DNA of 64,000 nt from Syntrophobacterales bacterium Delta_02 (GTDB taxonomy: Bacteria > Desulfobacterota > Syntrophorhabdia > Syntrophorhabdales > Syntrophorhabdaceae). Below, in pieces: positions 62,647 to 64,000 of the stretch. A program made the translations under genes and the position numbers. How positions within the stretch are numbered: position 1 is the stretch's first letter; the number at the start of each line of letters is the position of its first letter. The notes beneath the pieces were generated by a model. The model did no database searches and was not told the origin of the DNA. It was given only the letters and a program-made list of their open reading frames with translations. The stretch lies in contig LVAA01000062.1 in the NCBI GenBank assembly GCA_001603955.1, positions 8 through 64,007 of the forward strand. The letters run 5' to 3'.

Positions 62647-64000
62647 ATGATGGATAAGGTTTACGACCCCCACAGCATCGAAAAGAAATGGTACGCCGAC
62701 TGGCTGGAGAAGGGGTATTTCAAGGCAAAAAGTGATTCCGGGGAAGAGTATTTCTCGATGGTCATCCCACCGCCCAACGTCACCGGGTCTCTTCACATGG
62801 GCCATGCCCTCAACAACACGTTGCAGGACATCGTGACCCGGTATTTCCGCATGTGCGGGGTCAACACCCTGTGGCTTCCCGGGACCGACCATGCGGGGAT
62901 AGCCACGCAGAATGTTGTCGAGCGCGAGCTCGCGAAGGAAGACAGCGACCGCGAGGCCCTGGGAAGGGAAAAGTTCATAGAACGGGTCTGGCAGTGGAAA
63001 AAGCAGTCCGGCGGAACCATCATCGAACAACTCAAGAGACTCGGCGCGTCCTGCGACTGGTCCCGCGAGCGGTTTACTATGGACGAGGGGCTGACGCGCG
63101 CCGTCCGCGAGGTCTTTGTCAGGCTGTATAACGAAGGGTTGATCTACCAGGATAATTACATCATAAACTGGTGCCCGCGCTGCAAGACCGCCCTTTCCGA
63201 CCTCGAGGCGGAGCATGAGGAGACACAGGGGCACCTCTATTACATCCATTACCCCCTCGCCTCCGGCGAGGGACACCTGACCGTTGCGACTACCAGGCCG
63301 GAGACCATGCTCGGTGACACCGCCGTTGCCGTCAACCCCGAAGATCCCCGGTACGGGAAATATGTCGGGCAGGAGGTCATCCTCCCCATAGTCGACAAGA
63401 AGATCCCCGTCATCGGCGACAGTTACGTCGATGTCGAGTTCGGTACGGGCGCGCTGAAGGTCACCCCGGCGCATGACCTTAATGACTTCGAGATCATGAA
63501 GAGGCACGACCTCGCGCTGATAAAGGTCATAGACGAGAACGGCAACATGAACGAGAACGCCCTCCACTACAAGGGGATGGACCGCTTTGATTGCCGCAGG
63601 AAGATCGTCGAGGAACTCGAAGAGAAAGGTTACCTGGAAAAGACGGAGCCTTATCTCATGGGTGTGGGCAAGTGCTACCGCTGTAAGACCGTCGTGGAGC
63701 CCGCCCTCTCCCTGCAGTGGTTCCTGAGGATGAAACCGCTCGCCGAGCCCGCCATCGCCGCCGTGCGCGAGCACCGCGTCCGCATCATCCCGGAGATGTG
63801 GGAAAAGGTCTACTTCGAATGGATGGAGAACATCAGGGACTGGTGTATATCCCGCCAGATCTGGTGGGGCCACCGGATACCGGTGTGGTACTGCGAATCC
63901 TGCGGCGAGATGATCGTCTCCGTCAACGATCCACCGGCATGTACCAGGTGCGGCGGCGCCCTCAGGCAGGAATCGGATGTCCTCGACACCTGGTTTTCGT
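62647..64000 (+). CDS. valS: Valine--tRNA ligase (5' part, open at window end)
   Basis: Absent from the ORF track because it has no stop inside the window. ATG at 62647: MMDKVYDPHSIEKKWYADWLEKGYF...PPPNVTGSLHMGHALN (HIGH motif), GTDHAGIATQ, FTMDEGL. GGAAAGGGAG SD. Confidence 0.9.
   Translation, partial: MMDKVYDPHSIEKKWYADWLEKGYFKAKSDSGEEYFSMVIPPPNVTGSLHMGHALNNTLQDIVTRYFRMCGVNTLWLPGTDHAGIATQNVVERELAKEDSDREALGREKFIERVWQWKKQSGGTIIEQLKRLGASCDWSRERFTMDEGLTRAVREVFVRLYNEGLIYQDNYIINWCPRCKTALSDLEAEHEETQGHLYYIHYPLASGEGHLTVATTRPETMLGDTAVAVNPEDPRYGKYVGQEVILPIVDKKIPVIGDSYVDVEFGTGALKVTPAHDLNDFEIMKRHDLALIKVIDENGNMNENALHYKGMDRFDCRRKIVEELEEKGYLEKTEPYLMGVGKCYRCKTVVEPALSLQWFLRMKPLAEPAIAAVREHRVRIIPEMWEKVYFEWMENIRDWCISRQIWWGHRIPVWYCESCGEMIVSVNDPPACTRCGGALRQESDVLDTWFS

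Noticed and set aside
62605-63873. 422-aa minus-strand ORF
   Set aside because: It is antisense to valS, which is unambiguous (HIGH motif and conserved blocks) but missing from the ORF track because it has no stop inside the window.

Overview
Densely coded, moderately GC-rich chromosomal window from a Gram-negative bacterium (TamA/TamB, LpxK and Omp85-type genes are present). The gene content looks anaerobic: a 2-hydroxyacyl-CoA-dehydratase-type radical enzyme with its ATPase activase, an iron-sulfur flavoprotein, a PaaK-like CoA ligase, a molybdenum hydroxylase and a predicted PPi-dependent phosphofructokinase. This suggests a syntrophic or sulfate-reducer-like lineage, but that is inference only. 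I support about 49 protein genes and found no rRNA, tRNA, CRISPR array or transposase. Housekeeping blocks are tamAB, tex, ygiQ, an rRNA methyltransferase, lpxK, leuA-leuCD-asd, a phosphofructokinase, a dGTPase-like gene and valS (open at the right edge). There is also a roughly 16-kb minus-strand accessory/catabolic run (11.3-27.5 kb) and a 6-kb operon of an unknown protein, an aminotransferase and a Mo-hydroxylase (34.1-40.1 kb). The most unusual signal is non-coding. At least 12 intergenic composite hairpin elements lie between 33.9 and 61.5 kb. Their arms are tandem arrays of 7-mer or 9-mer units, including a perfect (GTTTCAG)x11 tract. Several have AAGAC(C/G)G...C(G/C)GTCTT termini, and most sit flush against stop codons of the flanking genes. 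One look-alike lies in frame inside ygiQ. I do not recognise this family. Other points are an internally deleted racemase pseudogene inside the catabolic run, a diverged 129-bp duplication of the 5' end of an endonuclease-V-like gene, an ankyrin-repeat protein, several perfect palindromes and candidate leaderless promoters. Many long antisense ORFs in the ORF track are rejected as GC/codon-bias artefacts. All functional calls come from reading the translated ORFs for family motifs. No database search was run.
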